Shown: piece by piece, positions 60,646 to 64,000 of the stretch | Layout of the letters: the number at the start of each line of letters is the position of its first letter | Position numbering within the stretch: the first letter of the stretch is position 1 | Assembly: GCA_030390025.1 (NCBI GenBank) | Contig: CM059427.1 | Span: 186,434,001 to 186,498,000, forward strand | Source of the DNA: Squalus acanthias | Taxonomy: Eukaryota | Direction: 5' to 3' | Length of the DNA: 64,000 nt | The notes under the pieces: generated by a model | What the model saw: only the letters and a program-made list of their open reading frames with translations | What the model was told of the DNA's origin: nothing | Database searches by the model: none | Made by a program: the position numbers and the translations under genes

Positions 60646-63600
60646 GTAAGTGCAGTTACCTCACAGTAGATATTAAAGAGTTACTAATATAAAACTGTTA
60701 CATATAAAGTGGAGTCATACATGTCAACCATCAGCACTTCATGCTTACAGTCAGCATGTGGGGGCCTGGTGCACATATCAGCATTGAACAAAAAACTGGC
60801 CTCTCGCCCCTCAATGCCACTTCTAACCGAGTTCTGCTGCTATTTGAAGTGATTCCAGCTGCTGCATACTCTAGGCTTCAAATAAACATTCAGCTGGGAG
60901 CAGGACTGAGGGAAAAGGGAAGGGCAGGGAATCAATGGCCATGAACGGAGAGGGAAGGATGGAAATGATGGCAATGTAGAGGAGAGATGGTGGGCAGAGG
61001 GAAATGACAGAGGCTGGGAGTGGGGCTTTGGGGGAGGAAGAGGGGAAAAGCTGAGAGTGGAACTTTGGAGTAGAAGATAAGAATTTGCATTTGTGTGAAG
61101 TGTAGAAAAAAGACTCTGTTGTTAAAATAGCATCAAAACTATTGATGTGGATCAGGGTAAGGCCAGAACTACCTTAAAGTAGATATTAAATAGTTACTGA
61201 AATAACACTGTTAAACACAAAGTACAGGGAGCACAGAGACAGCATATGCTTTTACTACAGACTGGGACCTTATTTTCTCTTTGTAACTTTGGTGTAAATA
61301 TAACATTGCAATACAGTGGGCAAATATCAACAACCAGGTCTTGATGGATCTGACAATAAATAGCTGAAGAGTTGAAGGTGGACAGTAACATTCTCACTCA
61401 GCTCATCAGTTACCAAAACACAGAGACAATTCTTTTCTAAATATGGTTCACTTTATTCACTGCAAGGGCACAGCATTAAAGTCCAGCCCTGAATATCTAC
61501 TCAGTGCTCGTCCAATACACACACCTCGGGTACAACACTGACTGACTTTGGTTGAACATCATTGGTATTACACGAATTGTACAAGCAGTTATAGTGCTCT
61601 GCGATTGTTAGCATCTGAGTTCAATAGATTGGGAGTGGAGGGAGGGCGGATGGTTTTAATGTGGCCTGGTTCTGTACAAGTAACTGAATGGGGAACCACT
61701 TCACCAGCTGTCAAGAGGCAAGTCGGGCAGAGGAACAAGGCTACAGCCAATATTTGCTTTTCTTGTCTAGAACTGTCAAAGTAAATGAGGCAGTTCAACA
61801 CTGAAAGGTAGAAAATCTGAATTGCCGCTTGTAAGTGGTAGCGAAGTATTAAATATAACAGCGAATGCTTGCAGTAACATAGCATCTTGAAGAAAGAAAA
61901 AAATATACTTCACTGAGGAAGAATGAAGTGGATGTCAAGCATTAGTCAGAAAGTTAGGGGAGGTGATTGAAAGCTTGGTCAAAGAGATAGGTTTTCAGTG
62001 TGTGTGTGAAGACACAGCAAGAGGTGGAGGGGCTTAGGAAGGGAGTTCCAGAGGTTAGGGTGGAGGGGAGATTGGAGCCATCGGGTGTGGGGGGATTGAG
62101 ATCGAAGGCCGGAGGGGAGATTGGAAGGGTCGTGGGGAGATCGGAGGCCGCAGGGGGTGAGTGCAGAGAAGGGATGGATGGATTGGAAAGACCGGGGTGA
62201 TGAAGGTGAGATCGGGAGGGTTGGGTCGGTGGGAGATCGTGGATTGGGGGTGTGCCCGATCAGGGAGCAGGTAAGCTGGATCCAGCAGGCAATTGGAAAG
62301 GCACTTACCTGCTGGATCCAGCAGTCCTCGCCTCCCTTTAGCTGTCGGGTTTCTTGAGGTCCGGGAAACCCGGCCGGCCAGGGTTCAATTTAAAATGGAG
62401 ATTAAATCTGAGGCAAGCCGCCTCATTATAATATTTAAATGACCAACCCACCTCCTGGGAGTGGGTTGGTTGTCCTGTCCCCCGTCCCACCATCGTTAAA
62501 ACCGGAAGTGGGCGGGGTGGGGTAGGGTTTGTGATTTTTAACATGTTAACATCCCACCCGACCCAAACCCACCCATTTTAGGGGGTTTAAAATTACCCCC
62601 TTCAACTTTGTGCAACAGTACGCCAACTGTGTGAGATGTAAAACGTGCTGCCAATTCGCGATCGATCATTTTACACTATCGCACAAAGCCAAATTACCCC
62701 CATGTTTCTGTAAGACAGCATCAGGATTGCTCCCTGGACAATAAGGAAAGGAATCCCAACATACCAATTTTTTCAGCTGCCAAGTTGTATTGCAGCAACA
62801 ATTAAAACAACTCTGGGTTAGTCTTACTGAGAAAATTTGAAGAAAAGAAAGAAAGAAAGGAAGAAAGAAAAAAGAATATGCAGAAAATGCGCAGGAGTGA
62901 AGTCTGTGCAAAATGTTAAATACAGAAGGAGACAGATGTTCACTGTGAAAAAACCTGCCAGTTGCCACCAACTCAAACAATCGCGTCTCTCAGGATAGGA
63001 GGTCGGACATTTAGGACTGAGATGAGGAGAAATTTCTTCACTCAGAGGGTGGTGAACCTGTGGAATTCTCTACCACAGGAGGCTGTGGAGGCCAAGTCAC
63101 TGAATATATTTAAGAAGGAGATAGCTAGATTTCTAGACACAAAAGGCATCAAGGGGTATGGGGAGAGAGCGGGAATATGGTATTGAGATAGAGGATCAGC
63201 CATGATCATATTGCATGGCAGAGCAGACTCGAAGGGCCGAATGGCCTACTCCTGCTCCTATTTTTCTATGTTTCTATGTCCTTGCTTTAAGGATTATGTT
63301 AAAGTGAGACAGGCCCATGGAGCAGACGTGTGCCCATTTCACATGGGGGAGGCGAGCACTGGAGGCAGAATTTTGCCAAAATTCTTGAAATTCTGCATGG
63401 GATCTTCTTTGAACATTGATTCCAGGTAAATGAGGATTGCACTCGCCTGAAGGAAACCATATTTAAACCATTGCAAAATTGCTCTGTGCAAAATGTAGTT
63501 CTATGCAGCCTGCAGCCGCCACCAGCGGAACTCCATGGGGGCGGGTAAGGAGGCTGGACTGCCAGGAAAATGGCAGAATCTGGGGGCGGGTACACATCCC

Positions 63601-64000
63601 GCCCCCAACCCGCCTCCGTGCCATCTTCCCAGGAGGCGGGTAACCGACCCGCGCTGGGAGCCGCCTCCCCGAGGCGGGAAGGGGATTAGTGCCAATTAAC
63701 TGCCTGTTAACAGGTAGTTAACAGACAGTTTTTTTGAGCATCCCTATGTTCAGCCCTGAAGTGTGGGCTTCCCGACAGCTCCGAACCACACCAGGGCCAG
63801 CGAGGCGGGCCGTCGGTCTGCGGGGGTTGGAGGGGTCGAGATGTCTGGTGTGCAGGTGAGTGATGGGTGCAAGTGTGGAGAGATGAATGTGTGAGGTGAA
63901 TGTAAAGTGTTTTAATAAGTTTTACTTACCTTTACTTCTTCCTGCAGGCTTCATCCCTTCAGGTCTCGGGAGTCCCTCATCTCACCGGCACAGAAAGCAG

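Larger units (their letters stand above)
57567..63540 (+). repeat. Segmental duplicate of about 62-9860 (exons and introns), differing by TE insertions
   Basis: Collinear near-identical blocks, e.g. 2800-4230 with 59360-60775 and 8350-9290 with 61140-62060. Confidence 0.95.

Overview
Vertebrate genomic DNA, most likely a cartilaginous fish (HE1-like and DeuSINE-like SINEs, esterase-bearing CR1 LINEs, Penelope and Harbinger elements). The only host genes I can support are two tandem paralogues, about 57.5 kb apart on the + strand, of an immunoglobulin-superfamily receptor. Its layout is V-C2-V-C2 (CD4/LAG-3-like), with a cysteine-free N-terminal V domain, a lysine in the transmembrane helix and a probable short tyrosine-free tail. 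Copy A (175-22666) is a pseudogene: two frameshifts and a stop in D1, plus a lost acceptor before D3. Copy B (from 53288) is intact for leader, D1 and D2 and runs off the window. The rest is nested transposable elements: CR1 LINEs, five long solo LTRs with 4-bp TSDs (four from one family), Penelope elements with minimal hammerhead ribozymes, and Harbinger elements/MITEs with a spliced Myb gene. There is also a 42-bp minisatellite and a short interstitial telomeric tract. Most ORFs in the supplied track are TE fragments or their antisense shadows. All alignments and counts were done by eye; TE boundaries without a stated TSD are approximate.
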